From an uncultured Candidatus Rokubacteria bacterium (GTDB taxonomy: Bacteria; Methylomirabilota; Methylomirabilia; Rokubacteriales; DASRDR01), in assembly GCA_963708025.1 (NCBI GenBank), contig CAVPSB010000007.1, forward strand, positions 1-64,000: a stretch of 64,000 bases of DNA, written 5' to 3'. Below are positions 50,044-61,317 of the stretch, one piece after another (position 1 is the stretch's first letter; every line of letters starts with the position of its first letter). The notes below the pieces were generated by a model. The model was not told where the DNA came from. It saw only the letters and a program-made list of their open reading frames with translations, and did not search any database. The translations under genes were made by a program, and so were the position numbers.

Positions 50044-51381
50044 GTGGTTGATCGGCTGGAGGAGCTGCTCCGGCGGGCGCGCGCCCAGGGCGCGGTGGAG
50101 GCGGACGCCTTCCTGGTCGAGGACGAGATCCAGACCGTCCAGGTCCGGATGGGCCAGCTCGAATCCCTGAAGCACGCGCGCGAGAACCGCTGCTCCCTCC
50201 GGATCTTCACCGCCACCGGCTCGGCGTCGGCGACGACCTCCGACCTGTCCACGGCGGCACTGGGCCGCCTGATCGACGAGACGGTCGCCCTGGCCCGCGT
50301 GACGCAGCGCGACCAGCACTCCGGGCTGCCCGCGCCGGAGACGCTGGCCCGGGAGGTGCCGGAGCTGGACCTCTGGGACCGCGAGGGCCACGGTCTCCCG
50401 GTCGAGGCCAAGATCGAGCGCGCTCGGCGGGCCGAGGCGGCCGCGCTGGAGGCCGACCCGCGCGTCGAGAACTCCGAAGGCGCGGAGTTCTACGACCGGG
50501 TGAGCCAGGTCGCGTACGCCGGGACCGGGGGCTTCGCCGGACAGTTCCGGCTCTCGTCGTTCGCGCTCTCCGTCACGCCGGTGGCCGTGGAGAACGGCCA
50601 CATGGAGCGGGACTACTGGTACAGCTCGGCCCGGAAGCTGGCGGCCGTCGAGAGCCCGGAGGCCGTCGGGCGGGAGGCGGCCCGCCGGGCCTGCCAGCGA
50701 CTCGGCGCCCGGAAGCAGGCGACGGCCGAGGTGCCGGTCGTCTTCGACTCCGAGACGGCGGCCAGCCTGGTCCGCGCCCTCGCCGTCGCGGCCTCGGGCC
50801 CGAGCCTCTACCGCGGCACCTCGTTCCTGATCGGCCGGATGGGGGAGCGCCTCGCCCCGCCCGGCGTCAGCATCATCGACGACCCCCTCGTGCCGGGCGG
50901 CCTCGGCTCCCGGCCCTTCGACGGCGAGGGCCTGCCGAGCCGGCGAAGCTTCCTGCTGGACGGGGGTGTCCTGTCGGGCTATCTCCTGGACACCTACAGC
51001 GCCCGGCGCCTCGGACTCGAGGCCACCGGCCACGCCGCCCGCGAGAGCGGGGGCGGTGTGACCGTCGGCTACACCAACCTCTACCTGGCGCCCGGCCCCC
51101 ACGCCCCGGATGCGATCGTCCGCTCGGTCGAGCGCGGCCTCTACGTGACGGAGCTGATCGGGTTCGGGGTCAACTTCGTGACCGGCGACTACTCCCGGGG
51201 CGCGGTGGGACACTGGATCGAGCGGGGGGAGCTGGCCTATCCCGTCGAGGAGATCACGATCGCCGGCAACCTCCGCGACATGTACCGGGACATCGAGATG
51301 GTCGGGACCGACCTCGCCTTCCGGGACCAGACCGCGGCGCCCACGCTCAAGATCTCCCGCATGACCGTTGCCGGGCAGTAA
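50044..51381 (+). CDS. pmbA: TldE/PmbA
   Basis: SRPFDGEG, GVNFVTGDYSRGA, PVEEITIAGN. Confidence 0.92.
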   Translation: MVDRLEELLRRARAQGAVEADAFLVEDEIQTVQVRMGQLESLKHARENRCSLRIFTATGSASATTSDLSTAALGRLIDETVALARVTQRDQHSGLPAPETLAREVPELDLWDREGHGLPVEAKIERARRAEAAALEADPRVENSEGAEFYDRVSQVAYAGTGGFAGQFRLSSFALSVTPVAVENGHMERDYWYSSARKLAAVESPEAVGREAARRACQRLGARKQATAEVPVVFDSETAASLVRALAVAASGPSLYRGTSFLIGRMGERLAPPGVSIIDDPLVPGGLGSRPFDGEGLPSRRSFLLDGGVLSGYLLDTYSARRLGLEATGHAARESGGGVTVGYTNLYLAPGPHAPDAIVRSVERGLYVTELIGFGVNFVTGDYSRGAVGHWIERGELAYPVEEITIAGNLRDMYRDIEMVGTDLAFRDQTAAPTLKISRMTVAGQ

Positions 51382-52153
51382 CGCCGACCTGACCGACACT
51401 CACTGCCACCTGGCCGACCCGGCCTTCGCCGACCCCCGAGCCGCTCTCGAGCGCGCCGGGCGGGTCGGGGTCACGCGAGTCGTCGCCGTCGGCAGCGATC
51501 CCGCGAGCAACGCGGCGGTGCTGGAGCTGGCCGGGCGGCACCCCGAAGTCCTGCCTGCCCTCGGCTGTCATCCCGAGCGGCTCGACCTCACCGACGCCGA
51601 CCTCGACGCCGTCGAGGCGCAGGTCCTCGCTCACCGGACGCGGCTCGTCGCCCTCGGCGAGATCGGCCTGCCCTGGTACAGCCTGGAGGGCCGCGCCGAC
51701 GCCGGCGTCCTGGCGGCCCGGGGGCGCGAGCGACTCGGACGCCTCCTCGCGCTCGCGAAGCAGCTCGACCTGCCGGTCTCCCTCCACGCGCCCCACGGCG
51801 CCGCCGCCGACGCGCTCGAGCTGTTGACCCGGACGGGCGCCGGGCCGGCGGCGTTCCACTGGCACAAGGCCGAGCCGGCGGTGACGGAGCGGGTCGTGGC
51901 GGGCGGCCACTTCGTGGGGATCACGCCCGAGGTCGTCTACCGCGAGCGGGACAGGGTGCTCGTGCGCCAGGTCCCGTTGATCCAGCTGCTCCTCGAGTCC
52001 GACGGGCCGTGGCCGTATCGCGGCGAGCCGGGGGAGCCCGCGATGCTCGCCCGCTCGGCGGCGGCGATCGCAGAGATCCTCGGGATGCCGCCGGACGAGG
52101 TCGTCTCCGCCCTGGCCGAGAACGCCCGCCGCTGCTTCCGCCTACCCGCGTGA
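51368..52153 (+). CDS. tatD: TatD-family hydrolase
   Basis: DTHCHL, GCHP, GEIGL, LLESDGP. Confidence 0.85.
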   Translation: MPGSNADLTDTHCHLADPAFADPRAALERAGRVGVTRVVAVGSDPASNAAVLELAGRHPEVLPALGCHPERLDLTDADLDAVEAQVLAHRTRLVALGEIGLPWYSLEGRADAGVLAARGRERLGRLLALAKQLDLPVSLHAPHGAAADALELLTRTGAGPAAFHWHKAEPAVTERVVAGGHFVGITPEVVYRERDRVLVRQVPLIQLLLESDGPWPYRGEPGEPAMLARSAAAIAEILGMPPDEVVSALAENARRCFRLPA

Positions 52154-54379
52154 CGCGGCGACGGGGCGCCGCGGCCACTTGAAGGTCTGGATCAGCGCGG
52201 AGAAATCGTCGGTCCAGGCGGCCAGAGCCGGGTCGCCGCGGGCCTGACGCCAGCGAGGGTCGGCCGCCAGGGGAGCCAGGTCGGCCGGCTGGCGGGCCAT
52301 CACCACCCACTCCGACGGCCGCTTGCCTCTCTCGTACTCCTCGTCGCTCACCACGGCGTCGTCCTGGACGAGGGCCGCCAGGCTGGCGTCGCGGGCCAGG
52401 TTGGCGAGCACCGGCTCGAAGTCCATGTGCCGGTTCGAGATGTTGAAGACGAGGATCCCGCCCGCGGCCAGCTTGTCGAGGTAGAGGGCCAGCGCCTCGC
52501 GCGTGATCAGGTGAAGCGGCGGCGAGTCCGAGCTGTACGCGTCCAGGATGAGCAGGTCGTAGTCCCGGGGCGGCGCCGAGACGAGCGAGAGCCGCGCGTC
52601 GCCGAGCACGACCCGCACGCCGGGGACGCAGTCCCGCAGGAAGGTGAAGTACCGGTCGTCCCGCGCGATCCGCTCGACCACCGGGTCGATCTCGTAGAAG
52701 ATCCACCGCTGCCCCGGCGTGGCGTGACACGCGATGGCGCCGGCGCCGAGGCCGACGACCGCGACCGACTGGCGGAGCCGCGGCCCGCCGTAGGCGGCGA
52801 AGACCTGGCCGAGCGGGCCGGTCCGGTAGAAGTAGGCGAGCGGCTCCCGCCGCCGGGCCGGCTCCAGGCTCTGCATGCCGTGGAGCGTCGTGCCGTGGAG
52901 GAGGTAGTGGTACCCGCCCGGCTCGTCGCGGGTCACCCGGCTGATGCCGAAGAAGCTCCGCTCGGCGTAGAGGAGCCGCCCCTCCTCTCCCCGGTAGACC
53001 CCGGCGGCCACGAGGATGGCGGCGATCCCCAGGCCGAAGCGGACCGGCCGCCGCGAGAAGGCGAAGCAGACGAGGACGAGCAGCCCGAAGACGAGCCCCA
53101 TGTGCGCCCGGGCGCCCTCCGGATCGCGGGCCTGGACGATCGCGACCAGGCCGGCCCCGAGGAGCCCGAGGGCGATCGGGAGTGCCCCGTCGAGGACCCG
53201 CTGCATCGGCGTCGAGGCCGCCGCCTTCGGCCGGCGCACCAGGAGGCAGCCGAGGACGAGCGTCAGCGGGTACTCGAGCACGGTGGTGAAGAGGAGCGGG
53301 GCGAGCAGCGCCGTGAACGCCCCGCCCAGGACGCCGCCCACCGACATCCAGAGGTAGAACTCGGTGAGGTGGCCGGTCGCCGGGCGGTCCCGCGCCAGCT
53401 CGCCGTGGCACACCATCGCGATCACGAACAGCGCCAGGGGGTGGACCGGCAGCACCAGCGCCAGCGGCCCGGTGGCCCGCGAGGCGAGCACCAGGACGAG
53501 CGGGAGCATGGCGATGGGGAGCAGCTCCACCATGAGGGTATGGGGGAGCGGCGGGCGCCGCGCGAAGACGAGGATGAAGGTCAGGAGGTAGATCGCCAGC
53601 GGGATGACCCACAGGAGCGGGATGGCGGCGATGTCGGTGGAGAGATAGGTCGTCACCCCCAGCATGAGGCTCGAGGGCACGAACGACAGGAGCACCCAGC
53701 GTAGCCGGCGGGCGGCGGTGGGGGCCGGCGCGGCCTCGGGTAGCGGGCCGTCGGAGGCGCCCGCCACCGCCGGCACCGTCCGCCGGGCGAGGGAGCGCCA
53801 GACGAAGACGGCGCAGGCCAGGGTCAGCACGACGAGCAGGCCGTACGCCGCCGTCCAGAGCCCGCTCTGCTGGCCGAGGCGCAGGTACGGCTCGATGAGC
53901 GACGGGTAGCTCAGGAGCACCAGCATGCTGCCCAGGTTGCTGGCCGCGTAGAGGAAGTACGGATCGGCGGCCGCCCGGTGGCCGGTCGCCGTGAACCACT
54001 TCTGGAGAAGGGGCGCGCTCGTCGACACCACGAAGAAGGGCAAGCCGACGGCCACGGCCAGCACGGAGAGGAGCCAGGGGATGGGGCTGCCCTGGGCCGG
54101 CGGCGTCCACCCCGGGGGCACGCCGATGGGAAGCGCCAGCAGGGGGAGGAGCAGCACCACCGCGTGGAGCGCGACCTGGCGGCGCGGCCCGAGCCACGCG
54201 CTCGTGGCGTGGGCGTAGCCGTACCCGGCGAGAAGGGCCGCCTGATAGAACACCATGGCGGTGTTCCAGACCGCCGGCGCCCCACCGAGGAGCGGGAGCA
54301 CCATCCGCGCGAACATGGGCTGCACCAGGAACAGCAGGGTCGCGCTCAGGAAGATCGTGACCGTGTAGACGATGAGCAT
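52142..54379 (-). CDS. Multi-TM protein fused to a spermidine-synthase-like methyltransferase domain
   Basis: LLFLVQPM, LGGAPAVWN, DPYFLYAASNLGS, CHGELA, HGTTLHG, GLGAG, YEIDP, GDARL, LDAYSSD, WTDDFS. Confidence 0.88.
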   Translation of the reverse strand: MLIVYTVTIFLSATLLFLVQPMFARMVLPLLGGAPAVWNTAMVFYQAALLAGYGYAHATSAWLGPRRQVALHAVVLLLPLLALPIGVPPGWTPPAQGSPIPWLLSVLAVAVGLPFFVVSTSAPLLQKWFTATGHRAAADPYFLYAASNLGSMLVLLSYPSLIEPYLRLGQQSGLWTAAYGLLVVLTLACAVFVWRSLARRTVPAVAGASDGPLPEAAPAPTAARRLRWVLLSFVPSSLMLGVTTYLSTDIAAIPLLWVIPLAIYLLTFILVFARRPPLPHTLMVELLPIAMLPLVLVLASRATGPLALVLPVHPLALFVIAMVCHGELARDRPATGHLTEFYLWMSVGGVLGGAFTALLAPLLFTTVLEYPLTLVLGCLLVRRPKAAASTPMQRVLDGALPIALGLLGAGLVAIVQARDPEGARAHMGLVFGLLVLVCFAFSRRPVRFGLGIAAILVAAGVYRGEEGRLLYAERSFFGISRVTRDEPGGYHYLLHGTTLHGMQSLEPARRREPLAYFYRTGPLGQVFAAYGGPRLRQSVAVVGLGAGAIACHATPGQRWIFYEIDPVVERIARDDRYFTFLRDCVPGVRVVLGDARLSLVSAPPRDYDLLILDAYSSDSPPLHLITREALALYLDKLAAGGILVFNISNRHMDFEPVLANLARDASLAALVQDDAVVSDEEYERGKRPSEWVVMARQPADLAPLAADPRWRQARGDPALAAWTDDFSALIQTFKWPRRPVAASRG

Positions 54380-54497
54380 GGGGTCGTCGCCTGGCAGTCC
54401 AGCGTACGCCCGCACCGCGCCGGATTCCTAACATTCCGGCGGGATGGCCGCCGGTGGCCGGGCTCGCGGTAGAATCGGTGAGGAGACACGCGCAGGC

Positions 54498-55349
54498 ATG
54501 CGAGTCCGGACCGAGCGGGACTATTACGCAATCCTCGGTGTGGCCCAGACCGCCACCGATGACGAGGTCAAGCACGCCTACCGCCGTCTCGCTCTTCGCC
54601 ATCACCCCGACCGCAATCCGGGAGACCGGAAGGCCGAGGAGCGGTTCAAGGAGATCAGCGAGGCCTACGCGGTCCTGATGGACCCGCGCCGGCGGCGCGA
54701 GTACGAACGGCTCCGCCGGGCCCGCGCCGAAGGGTCCCGACCCCGCGAGCCGCGCTGGCGCGAGGAGGATCTGTTCCGCGACCTCTTCACCGATCCGCGG
54801 ACCGCCTCGATCTTCGACGAGCTGTCCCGCGAGTGGACCCGGATGGGACTGCGCTACGACGAGGCGTTCCTGCGTAACGTCTTCTTCCGTGGCCAGGGGG
54901 TCATCGTGATCGGGCCCTCGGGCATCCGCTGGATCGGCACCTTCGGCGGGCGGGCGCCGGCTGAGCGCGTGGCCGAGGGCGGGGAAGCCGGCGGGACGGC
55001 GAGCGGGGAGGTGGTGCCGTCGATCCCCGGCTTCCTTGGCCGGGCGTGGGGGCGGTTCAGGGAGCGCGTGGCCGCGCCGCTCCGGGCGCTGAAGCAGGCG
55101 CTGGCGCTCGATTCGGGCGAGCGAAGCCGGGGCGATCTCTCCTACGAGATCGCGCTGACCTCCGAGGAGCTCGGCCGGGGAGGCCGGTACCGCGTCACGA
55201 TCCAGCGGCCCGGCCGCACCGAGGAGCTGCTCGTCCGGATCCCCGTCGGGACTCGCGCGGGCACTCGCCTGCGATTGCGCGGAAAGGGAGAGCCCGGACG
55301 GGACGGCACCCCCGGCGACCTCTACCTCCTCGTCCGCCCCCGAAGCTGA
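54498..55349 (+). CDS. J-domain protein, CbpA/DnaJ-like without zinc finger
   Basis: [29 protein letters not shown]...GDLYL. Confidence 0.88.
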   Translation: MRVRTERDYYAILGVAQTATDDEVKHAYRRLALRHHPDRNPGDRKAEERFKEISEAYAVLMDPRRRREYERLRRARAEGSRPREPRWREEDLFRDLFTDPRTASIFDELSREWTRMGLRYDEAFLRNVFFRGQGVIVIGPSGIRWIGTFGGRAPAERVAEGGEAGGTASGEVVPSIPGFLGRAWGRFRERVAAPLRALKQALALDSGERSRGDLSYEIALTSEELGRGGRYRVTIQRPGRTEELLVRIPVGTRAGTRLRLRGKGEPGRDGTPGDLYLLVRPRS

Positions 55350-55577
55350 GCAGCGCGCAGCTCCGCGTTGGCCTGACCCAGCTCGTCGGCCCGCTGGACC
55401 AGCGCCGCGTGCTGAGCCCGGAGCTACGCCGCCACCCGATTTCGTCCCGGCGTCACCTTCCGATACGGACGCCCTCCGGCGGTCCCATCCCGGCCCTGTC
55501 TCGCCTGGGAGCACCACGCTGGTCTCCACGGTTGGTTGATCCTCACCGGCTGTCGTCGTAGAGTCGAACATGTCCAT

Positions 55578-56963
55578 GTGGCCCAATGGTTCCGGAGGGA
55601 GTGGGCTCTGGCCGGTCGAGGCGCCCGGCGCCGTGAGGGCGCGCCGACCGGTGACGACGATGGCCGGCCCCGGTCGGCGGGTCTGGTCCTGGGGGCCGTG
55701 TTGACGTCCCCGGGCCGCCGGCGTCTTGGCCGTGCCCTCGCCGCGCTGGCCGTCCTCGGTGGGATCGGCTACGGCGTCTGGTGGTATCTGGGGACGCGCC
55801 ACCAGGTCTCGACCGAGGACGCGAGCATCGAGGGGTCCGTCGTCATCGTCAGCGCCCGGGTGGCGGGCCCGGTGGCGAAGATCCTCGTGCGCGACAACGA
55901 AGAGGTCCGCGCCAATCAGGTAGTCGTGGAGATCGACCCGCGGGACTACGAGATCCGGGTCCAGCAGGCGAAGGCCGCGCTGGCCATGGCGGTGGCGAGC
56001 GAGCGGGCGGCGCAGACCGACGTGCCGATGACGCGAGCGACGTCGGCCAACCGGATCGAGCAGATGGACGCGGCGCTCGAGGCGGCCCGGGTCGCGGTCG
56101 AGATGGGGCGCGCCCAGGTCGCCGAGGCGCGGGCCCGGCTCGAGGGCCGGCTGGCCGCCGTGGCCGCCGCCCGCGCCGACGCCGCGGTCGCGGAGACGAC
56201 CGTGGACAAGGCGCGCCGGGACCACGAGCGCCTGGCCCGGCTGGCCGCCCAGGGGCTGGTCTCCAAGCAAGACCACGAGACGGCGGAGATCGGCGAGCGG
56301 GCGGCCCGGGCCGCGCTGGACGCGACCCACCGCCGGCTCGCCCAGGCCGAGAGGGAGGCCGAGCAGGCGGCGGCCGAGGTGCGAACCCGGGAGCTGACCG
56401 CGGACCAGGCGCAGCGCCGGACCCGGGAGGCCGCGGCGCTCCTCAGCGAGGCCGAGTCACAGAAGGCGCAGGTGCCGATGAAGGAGGCCGGTGCGGGCCG
56501 CGCCGTCGCCGAGGTCCAGCAGGCCCAGGCCGACCTCGCCGCCGCCGAGCTGCAGCTCGCCAAGAGTCGGGTCCGGGCGCCGGTGGACGGCATCGTGTCC
56601 AAGAAGACGGTGGAGCCGGGCCAGCTCGTCCAGCCGGGCCAGCCGCTGCTGGCGATCGTTCCGCTCCACGGCGTATGGGTCGTCGCGAACTTCAAGGAGA
56701 CCCAGATGGGGCGCATCCGTCCCGGCCAGCGGGCCACGGTCGTGGTGGACACCTTCCCCGATCGGCTCCTGCACGGGACCGTGGACTCGATCAGCGCCGG
56801 CACCGGCTCCCGCTTCAGCCTCCTGCCGCCCGAGAACGCCACCGGCAACTGGGTCAAGGTCGTCCAGCGCGTGCCGGTGAAGATCCTGCTCGACGGCTAC
56901 AAGCCGAACCCGCACATCCTGCGTCCCGGCATGTCGGCGACCGTCACCATCGACGTGCGGTGA
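55578..56963 (+). CDS. emrA: EmrA/HlyD-family membrane fusion protein (start uncertain)
   Basis: STEDA, RAPVDG, ANFKETQ, FSLLPPENATGNWVKVVQRVPV. Confidence 0.9.
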   Translation: MAQWFRREWALAGRGARRREGAPTGDDDGRPRSAGLVLGAVLTSPGRRRLGRALAALAVLGGIGYGVWWYLGTRHQVSTEDASIEGSVVIVSARVAGPVAKILVRDNEEVRANQVVVEIDPRDYEIRVQQAKAALAMAVASERAAQTDVPMTRATSANRIEQMDAALEAARVAVEMGRAQVAEARARLEGRLAAVAAARADAAVAETTVDKARRDHERLARLAAQGLVSKQDHETAEIGERAARAALDATHRRLAQAEREAEQAAAEVRTRELTADQAQRRTREAAALLSEAESQKAQVPMKEAGAGRAVAEVQQAQADLAAAELQLAKSRVRAPVDGIVSKKTVEPGQLVQPGQPLLAIVPLHGVWVVANFKETQMGRIRPGQRATVVVDTFPDRLLHGTVDSISAGTGSRFSLLPPENATGNWVKVVQRVPVKILLDGYKPNPHILRPGMSATVTIDVR

Positions 56964-56974
56964 GGGCCTGAGGC

Positions 56975-57068
56975 TGAGAGCGCGTGAAGCAACCGGGTTC
57001 TCCGACTCCCCCCTCCCCCCAGTGGGTGGGGGAGGGGGGCTGGGGGGGAGGGCGGGAGGTCCCGAACT
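56975..57068 (+). repeat. Family A repeat
   Basis: CTCCCCCCTCCCCCAGTGGGTGGGGGAGGGGGGCTGGGGGGGAGGGCGGGAGGTCCCGAA. Confidence 0.88.
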
Positions 57069-57069
57069 A

Positions 57070-58645
57070 ACACCTTGGCTCTCGGGCGAAGCCGCCCGCC
57101 GGTGGGTGGTCACGGTGGCCGTCATGCTGGTGGCCACCATGCAGATCCTCGACACCACCGTCACCAACGTCGCGCTGCCCCAGATGCAGGGGAGCCTCTC
57201 GGCGTCGGTCGACGAGATCACCTGGGTCTTCACGTCGTTCCTGGCGGCCAACGCCGTCGTCCTCCCGGCCACCGGCTGGCTCTCGACCCTCCTCGGCCGG
57301 CGCCGGTTCTTCTTCGCCAGCACCGTCGTATTCATGGCCAGCTCGCTCCTGGCCGCAATCGCGCCGAGCCTGCCGGTCCTGGTGGGGGCGCGCGTCCTGC
57401 AAGGGATCGGAGGGGGACCGCTCCTGCCGCTGTCGCAGGCGATCCTGATGGAGATCTTCCCGGCGCGCCAGCGCGGGCAGGCGATGGCGATCTGGGGCCT
57501 GGGCGTGATGTTCGCCCCCATCGTCGGCCCGACGCTCGGGCGGCTGGATCACCGACAACGTGAGCTGGCGGTGGATCTTCTACCTCAACCTGCCGATCGG
57601 CGCGCTGGCCCTGATCCTCGCCTGGGCTTTCCTGGAGGAGCCGACCTACTCGCCGGCGCCCGTCACGCGGATCGACGGGCTGGGGCTCGCGTTGATGGTC
57701 CTCGGGGTGGGCGCCATCCAGATCGCGCTGGACCGCGGCAACCGGCTGGACTGGTTCGACTCGCCCGACATCTCGATGCTGGTCGTGGTGGGGGGCGTCG
57801 CGCTGGTCGCCTTCGTCGCCCGCGAGCTGACCACCGAGCATCCGATCGTGGACCTGCGGGTGCTCGCCGACCGGACGTTCGCCATCGGCGCGCTCCTCAT
57901 CGCCCTCATGGGGTTCGGGCTGTACTCGAGCATGGTGCTCCTGACCCTGTACGTCGAGCACCTGCTGGGCTACGACGCCCTGACGACGGGTTACGTGTTG
58001 GCCCCCGGCGGTCTGGGCTCGATGATCTCCCTCGCGGTGGCCGGCCGGTTGGTGAACCGGGTCGACCCCCGCTGGCTGGTGTCCGTCGGCGCCGCCATCA
58101 TCGCGTACTCGCTCCAGCTCATGTCGTCCTTGAGCCTCGGCGCCGACTTCGAGACCGTGCTCTGGTCGCGCTTCGTCCAGGGGCTCGGGATGGGGCTCGT
58201 CTTCGTCCCGCTCACGACGATGACCCTGGCCGCCGTGCCGGCGGTGGGGATGACCAACGCCACCGGGGTGTTCAACGTGGTCCGGAACCTGGGTGGCAGC
58301 GCGGGGATCGCGGTGCTGACCACGCTGCTCTCCCGCCAGACCCAGGCTCACCAGGCGACACTCGTCGGCCGGGTGACCGTCTGGGATCCCGCGACGACCG
58401 AGCGCCTCGCCGCCCTCGAGCGCGTTTACGCGGCCGGCGGCGCCGACGCCCACACCGCCCAGACCCAGGCTCTCCAGCACCTCTATCTCGAGGTACAGCG
58501 GCAGGCTTCGATGAAAGCGTTCCTCGGGAACTTCTGGCTCCTGACGCTCTGCTTCGCGGCGTTCGTCCCCCTGGTCTGGTGCATGTCCCGGCCGACGCAC
58601 CTCGCGACGAAGGACGAGGTGCTACAAGCGGTCGAAGCGGGCTGA
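57070..58645 (+). CDS. emrB: DHA2-family MFS exporter (frameshift near 57540; start uncertain)
   Basis: LDTTVTNVALP, PLSQAIL, GPTLG / WRWIFYLNLPIG, DRG..LDWF, RNLGGS. Confidence 0.88.
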
Positions 58646-58658
58646 CGGCCCCCTCCCG

Positions 58659-58871
58659 GTGCCCTTCCGGCTGCCGCAGCTCGGCCGCCCCCAGGACACC
58701 TGGCCCGGCGTCACCATCAGCGGCGCCGTGATCCTGGCCGCGGCCGTTTTGGCCGACGCCTTCGGCGACCCGCCGCGCGGGGGGCCCCGCCTGATGGTCG
58801 GCCTTGCCCTCGGCTTCGTCCTCCTCGTCCTCGGCTACCTGCTCCGTTACTGGGAGCGGCGCCGCCCCTGA
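58659..58871 (+). CDS. Small two-TM membrane protein
   Basis: 70-aa ORF with two hydrophobic helices filling the gap. Confidence 0.5.
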   Translation: MPFRLPQLGRPQDTWPGVTISGAVILAAAVLADAFGDPPRGGPRLMVGLALGFVLLVLGYLLRYWERRRP

Positions 58872-58889
58872 CCCTCTAACTAAAGAGAG

Positions 58890-58973
58890 TCCAAACCAAG
58901 CGGTCCCTCCGGCACCCCCCTCCCCCCCAGTGGGTGGGGGAGGGGGGTCGGGGGGTGGGAGGGAGGTCCCGAA
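58890..58973 (+). repeat. Family A repeat
   Basis: CCCCCCTCCCCCCCAGTGGGTGGGGGAGGGGGGTCGGGGGGTGGGAGGGAGGTCCCGAA followed by CAAT-ATG. Confidence 0.9.
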
Positions 58974-58977
58974 CAAT

Positions 58978-60108
58978 ATGCGCTACGACCTGATCCTCAA
59001 AGGCGGTCACCTCATCGACCCCGCCGCCGGCCTCGACGCGCGCCGCGACGTCGCCTTCTCGGCAGGGCGGGTGGCGGCGGTGGACGCCGACATCCCCCGG
59101 GAGGCCGGGCGGGAGGTCATCGAGCTGGCCGGCGCCTACGTCGCCCCGGGACTGATCGACCTCCACGCCCACGCCTTCATCGCGGGCCACGACCTCGGGG
59201 TCGAGACCGATCCCATCTGCCGGGCCACCGGCGTCACCACGCTGTGCGACGCCGGCAGCACGGGGGCGGCAAACTTCACCGGGCTCCGCGAGTACGTGAT
59301 GGCGCGCGCCGAGACCCGGGTCCTGGCGTTTCTCCACGTGTCGGCCATCGGCCTCACCCATCTCGGGATCGGCGAGCACTCCTTTCTCGAGTACGCCGAC
59401 CCGGACCTGGCGGCCGGCGTGGCCCGCGAGCACCGCGACGTGATCCTCGGCATCAAGGTGCGGGAGCAGGTCGAGGTCGTCGGGGGCCACGGCCTCGAGC
59501 CCCTCCGCCGAGGGATCCGAGCGGCGGAGGCGGCCGGCGTCCCGGTGATCGTCCACGTCAACAACCCGCCGACCGAGTATGGCGAGGTGCTCGCCCTCCT
59601 GCGTCCGGGCGACATCGTGAGCCACTTCTTCCACGGGCGCGGGTCCGGCATCCTCGACGCCCAGGGCCGCATCAAGCCGACCGTTCACGAGGCGCGGCGC
59701 CGGGGCGTCCTCTTCGACGTCGCCCACGGGCGGAATCACGTGAACTTCCCGGTCGTGCGACGGGCCTTCGAGCAGGCCTTCTACCCGGACAGCATCTCCT
59801 CGGACCTGACCCGGCCGGGGCGAGCGGGTGTCGTCAAGGATCTGCCGACCACGCTGTCGAAGTTCCTGAGCCTCGGCATGCCGCTCGCCGAGGTCGTACG
59901 CGCGGCCACGGCGACGCCGGCGCGGGCGATCGGGCGCAGCGGGGAACTGGGCACGTTGCAGGTCGGCGCGGTGGGGGACGCGGCGGTGTTCAAGGTGGAG
60001 GAGGGGCGCTTCCCGTACGAGGACGCCGACCGCAACACCATCGAGGGCGCCATGCGTTGGGCACCCCGGCTCACGGTCCGGGCCGGCCGGCTGTGGTGGA
60101 CCGCCTAG
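58978..60108 (+). CDS. Amidohydrolase, dihydroorotase-like/deacetylase family
   Basis: PGLIDLHAH, GVTTLCDAGS, GIKVR, LRPGDIVSH, DVAHG, ISSD. Confidence 0.88.
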   Translation: MRYDLILKGGHLIDPAAGLDARRDVAFSAGRVAAVDADIPREAGREVIELAGAYVAPGLIDLHAHAFIAGHDLGVETDPICRATGVTTLCDAGSTGAANFTGLREYVMARAETRVLAFLHVSAIGLTHLGIGEHSFLEYADPDLAAGVAREHRDVILGIKVREQVEVVGGHGLEPLRRGIRAAEAAGVPVIVHVNNPPTEYGEVLALLRPGDIVSHFFHGRGSGILDAQGRIKPTVHEARRRGVLFDVAHGRNHVNFPVVRRAFEQAFYPDSISSDLTRPGRAGVVKDLPTTLSKFLSLGMPLAEVVRAATATPARAIGRSGELGTLQVGAVGDAAVFKVEEGRFPYEDADRNTIEGAMRWAPRLTVRAGRLWWTA

Positions 60109-60343
60109 GGGGCGGGGCCGATGAGCGTCGCAACGTCCATCTCGGTCTGGACGCGCTCGGCCTGCATCGATCGGACGGCCTTCGGCCTGTGGGCGTCCGT
60201 CCCGACCTAGGGTCGTCCTCGGTCGTCGCCGATCCTCGGCGTACTCGGAGTACGCCTGCGGTCGGCGACTCCCTGCGTCCATTGGACGGCCTTCGGCCTG
60301 TGGGCGCTGCTCGCTCCTCGGCCCCGCCCCCGAGAACTTGACT
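60105..60343 (+). repeat. Family B structured repeat (longest copy)
   Basis: CTAG + 19-bp arm 60109-60127 ... arm 60312-60330 + CGAG; internal hairpins. Confidence 0.92.
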
Positions 60344-60352
60344 CGTCAAGGA

Positions 60353-61153
60353 CTAGCGAGGACGGCCGAAGAACAGGAGGATCGCGATGCCGAGCGCGAT
60401 CCGGTACACCACGAACACCGTCAGCGTGCGGCGCTGGAGGTAGCGGATCAGGAACCACACCGCCGCCAGGCCAGCCACGAACGAGGTCAGGAGACCCACG
60501 CCGAGGGCGGCCGCCTCGCCGCCGGGGAGGCCGTGACGCAGCAGGGTGACCGTCTTCAGCAGACCGGCGCCGGCGGTGAGGGGCAGCCCGAGCAGGAAGG
60601 CCAAGCGAGCCGCGGTAGGGCGATCGAGGCCGGCGAAGAGCCCGGCCGAGACGGTGATGCCCGAGCGCGAGGTGCCCGGCGCCAGCGCCAGGATCTGGGC
60701 GCAGCCGATCGCCAGACCCCGAAGAACGCCGACGTCGCGCAACTCGTCCACGTGGGCCCGAGCGGCCCGGCGGTCGGCCCACCAGAGGATGAGGCCTCCC
60801 CCGATGGTGGCGAGAGCGACCGTGCCCGCCGAGCGCAGGTAGGCCTCGATGGGGCGCTCCAGGAGGACGCCGGCGATCGCGGCGGGGATGGTCCCGACGG
60901 CCAGGGCGGCGACGAGCCTGCGGTCCCGCCGCGACCCGGTCAGCGTGCCGATGGCGAGTCCGCGGAGCTCCGGGGCGAAGTAGCAGAGGAGCGCCAGCGC
61001 GGTCCCGAGGTGCACGGCGGCGTCGAAGGCGAGTCCCTGATCCGGCCAGCCGAGGAGCGCCGGGACGAGGATCAGGTGGCCAGACGACGAGATCGGCAAG
61101 AACTCGGTGACGCCCTGGACGAATCCCAGGACCAGCGCGTGGAGGAGCGTCAC
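60353..61153 (-). CDS. uppP: Undecaprenyl-diphosphatase
   Basis: QGVTEFLPISSSGHL, HLGT, PGTSRSGIT, F..YRI. Confidence 0.95.
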   Translation of the reverse strand: MTLLHALVLGFVQGVTEFLPISSSGHLILVPALLGWPDQGLAFDAAVHLGTALALLCYFAPELRGLAIGTLTGSRRDRRLVAALAVGTIPAAIAGVLLERPIEAYLRSAGTVALATIGGGLILWWADRRAARAHVDELRDVGVLRGLAIGCAQILALAPGTSRSGITVSAGLFAGLDRPTAARLAFLLGLPLTAGAGLLKTVTLLRHGLPGGEAAALGVGLLTSFVAGLAAVWFLIRYLQRRTLTVFVVYRIALGIAILLFFGRPR

Positions 61154-61317
61154 GTGGAGGCTACGGGGGCGTCGCTAGCGGTTTCCCACCGAGGACCGAG
61201 CCGCCCTGGGACGACGGGGCGCGAACGTCGCCGACGCGACCACTAGAGTAGGACCGTTCGCGCAACCGGAAAGACGGCCCGGGGCGCGGGGCGTGCGGGG
61301 CCAAGTGACGAGCCTGG

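Noticed and set aside
51921-56330. 1469-aa minus-strand ORF, and similar long ORFs at 36563-39925 (+), 39114-42110 (-) and 9505-11535 (+)
   Set aside because: Arg/Gly/Pro-rich shadow frames overlapping well-supported genes; expected in high-GC DNA.
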